A stretch of DNA of 64,000 nucleotides from an uncultured Gammaproteobacteria bacterium. GTDB taxonomy: Bacteria; Patescibacteriota; Patescibacteriia; UBA11705; JABHMO01. A model generated the notes under the pieces. That model saw only the letters and a list, made by a program, of their open reading frames with translations, was not told the origin of the DNA and searched no databases. The translations under genes and the position numbers were made by a program. This document shows positions 46,483 to 56,034 of the stretch, in pieces (position 1 is the first letter of the stretch; each line of letters opens with the position of its first letter). The stretch lies in contig CAZAKN010000001.1 in NCBI GenBank assembly GCA_964486065.1, positions 80,657 through 144,656 of the forward strand. Direction: 5' to 3'.

Positions 46483-49400
46483 TAGTAATTGATTTTAACT
46501 TTTCCGGCATCAGAGTAATTCATAATATCAGTAGCACTCAATGATTGAATAACCGCCGGTTCGGACACATATTCACCGGGATTTAACACTTTGGCATAAT
46601 AATTTAATGTTGGATAATCTTGCTTATCTTGTCCTTGATAAAGGATAAATTTAATTTTTTGCCCATCAATTTCAATCGGTCTTTTGGAATAATCAATTCG
46701 ATACTTTGATAAATCATTATATTTATATAACTCTGTCATGGATTTCATTCCACTCGGTAAAAAATCAACAATTTCATATGCTCCGGCAATCGCATTTTTT
46801 TTAATATTTACATTCAATCTAACTTCAATTAAATCATCTTTATCAAATTCAGTAATTTTTTGTCCCTGCAAGTTATAATAACTTTTTTGTACTGAGACAT
46901 AATCACTTGTATCCACTGTTTCAATATCAAATTTCTTATCATATTGACTTACAATACCTATTTCTCCGGAAATATTAGAAAACTGCACAGAAGCCAATTG
47001 CTCGGGATTCAACCTAAATACTTCCATTTTTCCTTTTGCCAATTCCTTATGATAAGTTTCTCCATTTATAGTAATATCAAATGATACTTCCGAAGGAATT
47101 AAATTTGGTAAAGTATTTTGCAAATAATTTAGTTTTTCCAAATTTAATAATATATCCTTGGTTTGATACCTTACCACATAATCCCAAAAAACCGGGGCTT
47201 CGGGTTTATTTAATCCTCCTCCCAACAAGGCAGCTAAAGCGGTTAATTGCATGTAATCATCTTCATCTTCACCAAAAGCAATTCTTTTGTATGGTGATAA
47301 ATCTTCAACATAATCTCTCACCACGGAATCATAAAGTTCTTTAGCCAATTCATAACTACCGATTTCATAAGCGGCTAATCCCAAATACAATTTATCTTTA
47401 ACCGTTAATTGTTCAACCTCGGAAAAATACTGAATCTGCAACAACACAGGCTCCTCCAAGGAAGCTAAACCATACAAAGCCATTACAATTTCATCTTGAT
47501 TTGAATCGCTATTCTGCAGAAATTCATAAAAATATTTCTTCAAAAAAACCTTATCAAAATAATCAGTATTCAACGCTGCAACTCTGGCTGATAACTCAAG
47601 TTCACTGTCCGAATATGGCAATAATGAAATTCCCCCATTTTTCAATTGGTAATTAATCGCTCTTATTTGATTATTACTATTATTTTCAATTTCATAATAT
47701 CTACTTAACAAATCAGAAGCTAAAACATTGGATAATTTTTGATCAACTCTTTGACCACCATACCGGCTCAATTTTCGCAAATCATAGTAATATTGTCCCA
47801 TGGACTTATCAGTAATAATCAATTTCGTTTCCCCATCTCTACTACCTTGAATAATTACATCATCATTCAATTCATAAAAATCTTGTTGTTCTTTGGTTAA
47901 TCTTGATTCTATGACATTAACTTTTTTCAATATAGCATCATTACCTTTTAACGATTCAAGTGAAACTTTCACATCACTTGCTCCCAATATCAATTTATCA
48001 ATTTGAGCATAAGTATCCTTGTAAGCATTTGCTTGTTTTACAATCTTTTCCGGTTTAAAATCAGGCGTTTCAACAGTAAAAGAAACTTTATCCTGAGCAG
48101 ATAATTCCTTACCATAGGCTCGCAATCTAAGTACGGGTTTGTCATCAAGCAAATATTCATCACTAATATCTGTCTTTACAAAAGCAGGTAAAGAAACATC
48201 TATATTATGCCAACTAATTCCCGCTTCAACATTTTCCGTAAAAGCCTTGGCGATAATTCTCCAAGAAGTTAAATTGTCAGGTAATTCCAATTCCACTTCC
48301 GCTTTTCCGTTTGCGTCGGTCGCAACATTTTTTGAAGTAAAAGCAGTGTCTTTAAAAACAGATCTAACAGTACCACCTTTATCATTGTGAACATAAATTC
48401 CATCAGCAATATAAGTATGGTATTTATCTACGGTAATGTTATAAACCGGTACAATCTCCTCAACTTTATCAATTTTTTCAATCACAACTAACTTATTATC
48501 CTTATCACGAAGCAAATCTCCAATCTTAGCGTTGCCAATCATGTCCCAGCTACCATTCAAATACACCATATGTTCCGGAGTAATTTTTAATTTATCATTA
48601 ATAATATAATATCCGGATACAATATGTTTGAAAGTATTTGATACTTCACCTGAAACCAATTCTCCTGAATGCATATCTTTAAAAGTCATAATTTTATCCC
48701 CTTCAACAATATCCTCAATATTCTTCAAACTCCCATCTGCCATTAAAATCTTTGTTCCATGTAAAAAGCAACCACCACCTTCAACATTATCTTCTGTATC
48801 AGGATAATCATGTGTATGCTTATTCAAAATACTACCCGTTCTCAAATTTGCATACAAGGTTTGCAAAATACCCTTTTCAACTCGGCTAATCTTAAAAATT
48901 GCTTCGTCTACCAAATTAACACTCAAAGAGGCTTTTACCGGTTTACCTTGATTATTTTTTACGGTTACAAAAACTTTAGCTTTTTCTCCCGGCTTGTATT
49001 CATTCTTATCCGTTGATATATCAATTCTCAACTCTTTGTCTTCATAATCATAAAGAATATTCGTACCATCTAACCTCTCAAGCCAATTATTTGATTTTGA
49101 CATGTGATATGTCTCCCCGTCAAAATATACTCCCGCCAAATAAACATTGGGGACATGTTCTTCTCCAAAAATAAATCTATATTCAGAATTATCAGTAACA
49201 TCATATCCCATTAAGCCATTTTGCAATCGCATATATAGATAAGCATCTCTTTCATGTATCGGTGTTCTTTCATTTCCTTTAGAAAATTCCGCGACTACCT
49301 CTTCGCCTAAAGAAAAATATTCATCATCATTCATCAATTTTATTTGATATCTATTTTCCAAAAAGAATCTAGAAAAAGATTTAAATGATAGATAACCGCT

Positions 49401-52097
49401 AGTAGCGTCATGTCTTCCATTATCATCTTCAACCGTAACATTAACAACATATCTACCTTCCGGATCCACATCCAAATCATAAATAAATTCTCCATTTTTA
49501 TTGGTAACACCTTCAAAAGTTCCTATTTCTATATCATTATATACATACTTGTATTTATCCCGAGTAACTTTATTAATATAATCATAATATTGTCCGATAA
49601 CTATCTTTTGAGATTCTTTTTTGATAATTCTTCCTTTGACTTTTTTGTTTTCCGCAGGATCATAATTTCTATTTTCAGAATCAGAATAAAGATATGGGAA
49701 TTTTTCTTCACCACTATTCAACTTATCAATATCCAAATCAGCCGCCAAAACTTTTATCTTAGCCTTATTGGGATTTTCTTTTTCTCGATCAAAGAAAACC
49801 CTTGAAGTCAGCTTAGCACCCAAAACTCTAACGGATACATAATCATTAATATCTGAAAATTCTTGCTGTGCCGGATCAATATATATACCATCATATCTTG
49901 GATAATGACAATTACTTGAAGAAATATCACAATCTTTGAATGTAGTATTTTTAATATAAGTCACTTGTCCTTGAGAATCTGTTTTAACAATCTCACCTTC
50001 AACTTCCAAATCCAAATTAGCCAATGGGGTTCCCTCAAAAAATGAAGCTTTAATATCAACTTTTATCGGATCTCCAGCATAAACATAATCTGCTTGCGGA
50101 CTGGATTCAAATGTATAGGCTGGCTTAACATAATCTTCAACTGTTATATACTTTCCCGCATAATAAACATCATCCTTAATCAATTGCAAAGCATAATGAC
50201 CGGGCAAAATCCCCTCAAAGCTTAATTTTCCTTCAAAAACACCATCTTCTCTTACATTCACTTCCTCCACCGCTGCACAAATTTCATTATTATATATATC
50301 GTAATAATTACCTGATTTACATAATTTTATTTGCATTGTATCCATCTTTTCCATTTCATCACTTCTCGGTAAAATAGTTCCCCAAACATTAATTTCATCC
50401 GTTGTTTTATATATTTGTCTATCACTGGCAATATATTTCCAATATTTACTACCAATATCAGCAACAGGATTTAAATTAAATCCTGAATAATAATTTCCTT
50501 CTTTTTCCGCTGAATCACGAAATCTTTCAGTAAAATTAAGAATACTGATATTTTCACCTTTTGTAACCTTGAAATAATAATCACCAAGTTCAGGGTCAAT
50601 CATTTCCCTTGTATTAAATAATGCAACTCCATCCTGATTCGTTTTTTCTTTCATTCCATTACCAATCACTTCTATTGAAGCATCAGCAACAGGTTGATCT
50701 GAATCAATATCATTAACCCAAAATAATGTTTCGTCCTTCATGACTTGCGCGAAAACCGCATAATCGGTAATTTGAATCAAAATTTGATCATTATCTTCTT
50801 TTCCTGAAGAAGCTTTTGCTAAATAATAACCTTTTGGTAACTCTTCCGGTAAAACAACTAGATAACTATAATACCAATCATCATTTTTCACTACCGGTAA
50901 ATCATACTTTCCAACTTCAGACAAATTATAATTACTTAGATCCAAATCCAATTGTCTTTTATATGACCAATAGGGATACTTTAGTTTTTGATTTACAGCG
51001 GAAATAAAATCATCCGGAGAGTTAAAAGCTCTTAATTCAAGTGAAATAGTAGCATTCTTTTCAACACCTCTTACTCCTAAAAATGGATTAACACTTGTTG
51101 AGAAATCAACAAAATCATCATTAAAATTAAAAGAATGATAATCACGCTGAATTACTTCTTCTTTTGGAAGAGTTTCAAAACTGAATTCAAAATTATTTCT
51201 TAATTTTTCTTCACTTCCCTCTAATTCTAATTTATCTTTATCAATCTTTACTGTATAAATCGTACCGTAATCTAAATCCTTTTTAGGGACAAAAACCAAA
51301 TCATTTTTATGAACTTCAAAACTTCCTTCAATCTTGGGATCAATTGAGAAGGCATTGACATGATTTTCAAATCCCAAATGACTAAATTTAATTTCAATAC
51401 CTGTATTTACGGGAACTTGATTACTTTTATCGCGAGGTAATGAACTCAAAATCTTAAACTCGTTTCTTACTTGAAAAGCCCAAGAATAATCACTGGCAAC
51501 CTCTTTCCCATTTTGAGCGATATATGAAGCTGCAATTTGTAAGTTATAAACTTTGTTTTCATTCAATTCTTCTTTTGGAACTACTTTAAACTCATGATCG
51601 TTGATTTTTTCAATTTGAAAATCAATTGCCGGAGATAAAGTGATACTTTTTCTCAAAGTTTCCAAATCAATTTTTTGTTGACTTTTAACCACAAATTGAG
51701 ATTTGGAATAAATCCCCATACTGTCACTTTCTGTCGGTTCTACTTGGAAATTGTCATGCGCATAAGCAGAATTTATAATTAATCGTGAAACTTTCCCCAA
51801 AGGAGAAACCGGCTCGGAATCATGGAATAAAAATTGCATTGAAGCAAAAACAACGGCAATAATCAATACCAATGATACTGCCGGCACGAAATAACGAAAA
51901 TTAAAGATTTTCGCCAAATTTAATTTTTTCATATTACTTTTTTTGCGCCGTTGTTCCAATATCTTCGCTTTAAGTTCTTGGCGAAAATCATCAGAAGCAG
52001 GCTGATTAGTGTAGTTAGCATACATAATATTTCTTTCTGCTTCTGATAACGCTTTTTTATTGAATTTGTTACACTTTTTATTGTTTTTTTCTTTCAT
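46482..52097 (-). CDS. Giant (1871 aa) single-pass membrane protein with alpha-2-macroglobulin-like (MG/A2M/TED) ectodomain and embedded Hint domain; N-terminal cytoplasmic segment is a candidate anti-sigma domain
   Basis: TM helix at ~aa 68-88; A2M-family block after the Hint domain (TVRSVFKDTAF...LPDNLTSWRIIAKA...SLPAFV vs A2M VRKYFPETWIW...PDTITEW...PFFV); TED-like region with degenerate thioester site (SRYGGQR in place of PYGCGEQ); 18 nt downstream of ECF sigma gene. Confidence 0.6.
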   Translation of the reverse strand: MKEKNNKKCNKFNKKALSEAERNIMYANYTNQPASDDFRQELKAKILEQRRKKSNMKKLNLAKIFNFRYFVPAVSLVLIIAVVFASMQFLFHDSEPVSPLGKVSRLIINSAYAHDNFQVEPTESDSMGIYSKSQFVVKSQQKIDLETLRKSITLSPAIDFQIEKINDHEFKVVPKEELNENKVYNLQIAASYIAQNGKEVASDYSWAFQVRNEFKILSSLPRDKSNQVPVNTGIEIKFSHLGFENHVNAFSIDPKIEGSFEVHKNDLVFVPKKDLDYGTIYTVKIDKDKLELEGSEEKLRNNFEFSFETLPKEEVIQRDYHSFNFNDDFVDFSTSVNPFLGVRGVEKNATISLELRAFNSPDDFISAVNQKLKYPYWSYKRQLDLDLSNYNLSEVGKYDLPVVKNDDWYYSYLVVLPEELPKGYYLAKASSGKEDNDQILIQITDYAVFAQVMKDETLFWVNDIDSDQPVADASIEVIGNGMKEKTNQDGVALFNTREMIDPELGDYYFKVTKGENISILNFTERFRDSAEKEGNYYSGFNLNPVADIGSKYWKYIASDRQIYKTTDEINVWGTILPRSDEMEKMDTMQIKLCKSGNYYDIYNNEICAAVEEVNVREDGVFEGKLSFEGILPGHYALQLIKDDVYYAGKYITVEDYVKPAYTFESSPQADYVYAGDPIKVDIKASFFEGTPLANLDLEVEGEIVKTDSQGQVTYIKNTTFKDCDISSSNCHYPRYDGIYIDPAQQEFSDINDYVSVRVLGAKLTSRVFFDREKENPNKAKIKVLAADLDIDKLNSGEEKFPYLYSDSENRNYDPAENKKVKGRIIKKESQKIVIGQYYDYINKVTRDKYKYVYNDIEIGTFEGVTNKNGEFIYDLDVDPEGRYVVNVTVEDDNGRHDATSGYLSFKSFSRFFLENRYQIKLMNDDEYFSLGEEVVAEFSKGNERTPIHERDAYLYMRLQNGLMGYDVTDNSEYRFIFGEEHVPNVYLAGVYFDGETYHMSKSNNWLERLDGTNILYDYEDKELRIDISTDKNEYKPGEKAKVFVTVKNNQGKPVKASLSVNLVDEAIFKISRVEKGILQTLYANLRTGSILNKHTHDYPDTEDNVEGGGCFLHGTKILMADGSLKNIEDIVEGDKIMTFKDMHSGELVSGEVSNTFKHIVSGYYIINDKLKITPEHMVYLNGSWDMIGNAKIGDLLRDKDNKLVVIEKIDKVEEIVPVYNITVDKYHTYIADGIYVHNDKGGTVRSVFKDTAFTSKNVATDANGKAEVELELPDNLTSWRIIAKAFTENVEAGISWHNIDVSLPAFVKTDISDEYLLDDKPVLRLRAYGKELSAQDKVSFTVETPDFKPEKIVKQANAYKDTYAQIDKLILGASDVKVSLESLKGNDAILKKVNVIESRLTKEQQDFYELNDDVIIQGSRDGETKLIITDKSMGQYYYDLRKLSRYGGQRVDQKLSNVLASDLLSRYYEIENNSNNQIRAINYQLKNGGISLLPYSDSELELSARVAALNTDYFDKVFLKKYFYEFLQNSDSNQDEIVMALYGLASLEEPVLLQIQYFSEVEQLTVKDKLYLGLAAYEIGSYELAKELYDSVVRDYVEDLSPYKRIAFGEDEDDYMQLTALAALLGGGLNKPEAPVFWDYVVRYQTKDILLNLEKLNYLQNTLPNLIPSEVSFDITINGETYHKELAKGKMEVFRLNPEQLASVQFSNISGEIGIVSQYDKKFDIETVDTSDYVSVQKSYYNLQGQKITEFDKDDLIEVRLNVNIKKNAIAGAYEIVDFLPSGMKSMTELYKYNDLSKYRIDYSKRPIEIDGQKIKFILYQGQDKQDYPTLNYYAKVLNPGEYVSEPAVIQSLSATDIMNYSDAGKVKINY
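48384..48770 (-). other. Hint (intein-like / BIL-type) domain, residues ~1110-1238 of the giant protein
   Basis: Begins GGG|CFLHGTKILMADGS (intein block A: Cys1, T-x-x-H region) and ends ...VYNITVDKYHTYIADGIYVHN| (block G, terminal His-Asn); +1 residue is Asp, not Cys/Ser/Thr; ~129 aa mini-intein size, no endonuclease. Confidence 0.7.
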
Positions 52098-52114
52098 ACA
52101 CTTAAATAATTATC

Positions 52115-52684
52115 TTATTTTGCGTATTTTTCGTAAATTTTTGCAAATTTATTTATAGCTCTAAGGCTTAAAACTCTGGCATTATTTGTTGAAATCTTCA
52201 TAATTTTAGCTATTTCATCGTAATCTTTCTGCGCAAAATATCTCAAATTTATTACTATTTGATATTTAACGGACAATTTACTTATTAAGTAACTTATGAA
52301 CTCCTTATTATAATTGTTATCCACTATCTCTTTAATATCATATTTTTGATCAGCTACCTGGATTTTTGAATCTTCCTTATCCAAGCTGATATTTTTTGCT
52401 TTTGATTCTTTTCTGTAATAATCCGTTAAATGATTGGTCGCGATACGATAAAGCCAAGCTGAAAACGAGTATCCCTTGAATTTATATTTATGTAAATTGG
52501 TGAATACTTTTAAAAATATTTCTGAAACCAAATCTTCACATACCTCCTTATTTCCTGTTCTTTTATAAATATATCCATAAATTTTGGGGAAATAAAAATC
52601 ATACACTACCCCGAAAGCATGGTCATCTGTTTTAGCTTGTTCAACTAATTCTGCTTCGTTTTCCAAAATACTCTTTTGATACAT
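52115..52684 (-). CDS. ECF-type RNA polymerase sigma-70 factor
   Basis: 189 aa; region 2 (FLKVFTNLHKY...YRIATNHLTDYYR) and region 4 HTH (DYDEIAKIMKISTNNARVLSLRAINKF). Confidence 0.8.
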   Translation of the reverse strand: MYQKSILENEAELVEQAKTDDHAFGVVYDFYFPKIYGYIYKRTGNKEVCEDLVSEIFLKVFTNLHKYKFKGYSFSAWLYRIATNHLTDYYRKESKAKNISLDKEDSKIQVADQKYDIKEIVDNNYNKEFISYLISKLSVKYQIVINLRYFAQKDYDEIAKIMKISTNNARVLSLRAINKFAKIYEKYAK

Positions 52685-52754
52685 ATAAATATGTGAATAT
52701 TATACCACAAAAAAAACAGCCGAGCTAAGCTCGGCTGTTTAAATATTGAAAGAT

Positions 52755-54509
52755 TTATTCCAAAATCGCTTTTATCCGACGAACCCCCGCGGAACTGGCT
52801 TTTTCTTTTTTGATCACAAAATGTCCCAACTCTCCCGTCCTTGAAACATGCGGCCCACCGCACAATTCCATGGATACATCACCGATTGAATAAACCTTAA
52901 CAATATCGCCATATTTATCTTCAAACAAACCCATTGCTCCTTTTTGTTTGGCTTCATCAAATGGAATTTCTTCACACTCAATTTTATAATCCGCTTGAAT
53001 CCATTTATTCACCAAATCTTCAACTTGTTTTTTTTGCTCCTCCGATAATTTCTCATCATGCGTAAAATCAAAACGCAATCTTTCCGCTGTAATATTACTG
53101 CCTTTTTGTTCCACATGCTCCCCCAAAACCAGACGCAAGGCGGCTTGCAACAAGTGCGTGGCTGTATGCAATTTAGCGGTTTCTTCTGAAATATCGGCCA
53201 AACCTCCCTTAAACTTTTGCTCCGCGCCTTGGCGAGACAATTCTTGATGTTTGACCATTTCTTTCTCAAATTCCTTTATATCAATTTCCAAATTATTTTC
53301 TTTAGCCAACTCTTCAGTCATTTCCAAAGGAAATCCATAAGTGGAAAACAAGATAAACGCTTCCTGTCCAGAAATCTTTTTATTAAAAGACATTTTTTCA
53401 AATTCCTTTAAACCCTTTTCCAAAGTTGATCTGAATTTTTCTTCTTCTTTTTGTAATTCATCACGCGCAAATGTCCGTTTCCTTTTCATCTCGGGATAAA
53501 TTTCTTGATAAATATCATAAACCGGATCCATCAATTGCACGGTGAAATTTTCTTCAAGACCGATTTCTTTGGCTGTCCTAACCGCCCGCCGAATCAATCT
53601 TCTAACAATATAGCCTTGATCCAAGTTTGAAGGTGCCACACCATTACGATCACTCATAATCATTATCGCCGCTTTAATATGATCCGCAATAACCCGAAAC
53701 GATTTTTTGTAACCCTCGTATTTTTTACCGGAAATATCCTGCAATTTTTCAATAATCGGCCAAAATAAATCCGTAAGATAATTATCTTTCAATCCGTTTA
53801 AAACAGCGGTGGTTCTTTCAAGTCCCATGCCGGTGTCCACATTTTTACGCTCCAAGGGAACATACTCACCATTTTCCGTTTTATTAAATTGCATGAAAAC
53901 ATTATTCCAAATTTCTACCCAATTACCATTTTCCGGATCAAATTTTTCCGGCACTTCTTCATTGTCCTTAATCCAATAAAAAACTTCAGTATCAGGACCT
54001 TGCGGTCCGGGATTCTTGCCACCGGCCGGCCACCAATTATCTTTCTTTCCCAAAAAAGCGATTCGTTTTTCCGAAACACCTTTTGCCAACCAATATTTCA
54101 AAGCTTCATCATCACGTGGAGCATCAGCATCACCGCCAAATACAGTAAACGCCAATCTGTCAGACGGAATTCCCAATGTTTGAGTTAATAACTCATAAGA
54201 CATATCAATTGATTCCTTTTTGAAATAATCACCCAATGACCAATTGCCCAACATTTCAAAAAATGTATGATGAGTGGCATCTCCGACCTCTTCAATATCA
54301 CCGGTTCTAATACATTTTTGCGCACTTACCAACCTCGTTCCTTGAGGATGTTTTTCTCCTAGCAAATATGGTACTAAAGGTTGCATGCCAGCAGTAGTGA
54401 ACAAAACACTGGGGTCATTTTCCGGAATTAAAGAAGCTGAAGCAATAATCACGTGATCTTTGTTTTTAAAAAATTCAAGATATTTTTGACGCAATCGGTT
54501 ACCTGTCAT
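52755..54509 (-). CDS. alaS: Alanine--tRNA ligase, short form (584 aa)
   Basis: Class II AlaRS catalytic core (FTTAGMQP, tRNA-binding region) plus compact editing-like region (HTATHLL...CGGPHV); lacks C-Ala domain. Confidence 0.8.
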   Translation of the reverse strand: MTGNRLRQKYLEFFKNKDHVIIASASLIPENDPSVLFTTAGMQPLVPYLLGEKHPQGTRLVSAQKCIRTGDIEEVGDATHHTFFEMLGNWSLGDYFKKESIDMSYELLTQTLGIPSDRLAFTVFGGDADAPRDDEALKYWLAKGVSEKRIAFLGKKDNWWPAGGKNPGPQGPDTEVFYWIKDNEEVPEKFDPENGNWVEIWNNVFMQFNKTENGEYVPLERKNVDTGMGLERTTAVLNGLKDNYLTDLFWPIIEKLQDISGKKYEGYKKSFRVIADHIKAAIMIMSDRNGVAPSNLDQGYIVRRLIRRAVRTAKEIGLEENFTVQLMDPVYDIYQEIYPEMKRKRTFARDELQKEEEKFRSTLEKGLKEFEKMSFNKKISGQEAFILFSTYGFPLEMTEELAKENNLEIDIKEFEKEMVKHQELSRQGAEQKFKGGLADISEETAKLHTATHLLQAALRLVLGEHVEQKGSNITAERLRFDFTHDEKLSEEQKKQVEDLVNKWIQADYKIECEEIPFDEAKQKGAMGLFEDKYGDIVKVYSIGDVSMELCGGPHVSRTGELGHFVIKKEKASSAGVRRIKAILE

Positions 54510-54617
54510 ATATGTTTCAGTTATTAATTATAATATTATAAATTATGTTAATACTTTACTAAAAAATGAAGCTTTTTGCAATTAAAAAGCCACTCACTGT
54601 GAGTGAGTGGCTTGCCT

Positions 54618-55922
54618 TTATTCTTCCAAACATTGTTCAAAGATATAGTCCACAAACTTCAGCTTGGCTTGCAAATCAAAGCAAGTTTCCAAATCCTCAC
54701 GACTGACTCGTGAAGCGATTTCCGTGCAATTCAGAAGCATACCCAAGAAATCCGCGTCTTGATCCTGACATTCCTGCGCCACTCGTCTCACCAGCTCGTG
54801 GGCTTCCTCTCGCGGTAATCCGCTTTTTTCCGCCACCAGTTTCTGGACTGTTTGCGAATGAATAAGACCATTGGTTAAAGCGAGATTTTTCTTCATTCGC
54901 TCCGGATAAACCAACAGCTTCTTCATGATTCTATTCATCCGCGCTACGGAATACGCACAAAGATTGGAAACCATGGGAACGGTGTTCCTTTCAAAAGAGG
55001 AATTGTCTAAACTTCTTTCATGCCATGTCTGTTGATTGGAAATAGCTACTCCGGTAAACGACAAACTGCGATCTTGTCCTCCCAAGTTTTCCGAACTAAT
55101 CGGATTACGCTTGTGAGGCATGGCCGATGAACCGGTTTGATCCTTACTGAAATACTCTTGCACCTCTCTGATTTCGGTCTGCGCCAGCAGTCTGATATTC
55201 AAAGCAAGGTTGGCGATATACGATTGGAGCGACTCCAACACGAAAATATATTCCGCCAAAATATCTCGCGAAATAATCTGCGTGGAAACAACCGGTCGCA
55301 AAGCGAGCAATCGTAGCGCTTCCGTTTCAATCTCCGGTGGCAAAGTATACATGCCGACTGCACCACTGATTTTCCCCACGGCGACTTCTTCACTCATTCG
55401 CGTTATTCGCTTGTAATGTCTCATGCCGTCGGCATACCATTTAATCAACTTAACTCCGAAAGTTATTGGTTCGGCATGAACACCGTGAGTGCGTCCGATT
55501 TGCGGAGTATATTTGTACTCCTCGGCCTTATCTTTCAAGTTCAGCAAAAATTTGCCCAATTCTTTGGCGATAAACAAACAACTTTCTCTCAGCAAATAAT
55601 GAAACGCCGTATCCTGAGCATCGTAGGAAGTCATCCCACCATGCCAATGCGGTCGCATTTTTTCCGGCAATTGCGGTGAAGTATGTTCCAGAAAAGCTTT
55701 GACATCATGCTTGGTTTTTTCGCGCTCAATCTGATTGATCTCTTCAGTGTCAATCACGATTTGCCCGCAAGCCTCGTCCACTTCATCTTCGCCAATGCCA
55801 TCAATATACCCCTTTCGGATCTTGGCCAGCAAAACCGCTTTCTCAACTTGCACCCAAATCCGAAACTTGGTTTCGGGAGTCCAAAGTTTATTCATTTCCT
55901 GATGGGAATAGCGCTTATCCAT
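54618..55922 (-). CDS. purB: Adenylosuccinate lyase
   Basis: Fumarate-lyase signature GSSAMPHKRNP; start chosen at MDKRYSHQEM (typical PurB N-terminus) rather than ORF-track start 56054, which would overlap mnmA. Confidence 0.8.
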   Translation of the reverse strand: MDKRYSHQEMNKLWTPETKFRIWVQVEKAVLLAKIRKGYIDGIGEDEVDEACGQIVIDTEEINQIEREKTKHDVKAFLEHTSPQLPEKMRPHWHGGMTSYDAQDTAFHYLLRESCLFIAKELGKFLLNLKDKAEEYKYTPQIGRTHGVHAEPITFGVKLIKWYADGMRHYKRITRMSEEVAVGKISGAVGMYTLPPEIETEALRLLALRPVVSTQIISRDILAEYIFVLESLQSYIANLALNIRLLAQTEIREVQEYFSKDQTGSSAMPHKRNPISSENLGGQDRSLSFTGVAISNQQTWHERSLDNSSFERNTVPMVSNLCAYSVARMNRIMKKLLVYPERMKKNLALTNGLIHSQTVQKLVAEKSGLPREEAHELVRRVAQECQDQDADFLGMLLNCTEIASRVSREDLETCFDLQAKLKFVDYIFEQCLEE

Positions 55923-56034
55923 AGCCTTCTCCTTGTGTTTGTTTAATGAACAATATAAAGGCACTCGGATTTTACCTGAAATCAAAACATTTTTCAATAA
56001 TAAAAAAACGCCCCATTTTACAATGTAACGCTTT

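Noticed and set aside
48384-48770. Canonical protein-splicing intein
   Set aside because: Residue +1 after the terminal His-Asn is Asp, not Cys/Ser/Thr, so standard transesterification and splicing is unlikely. Called a Hint/BIL-type autoprocessing domain instead.
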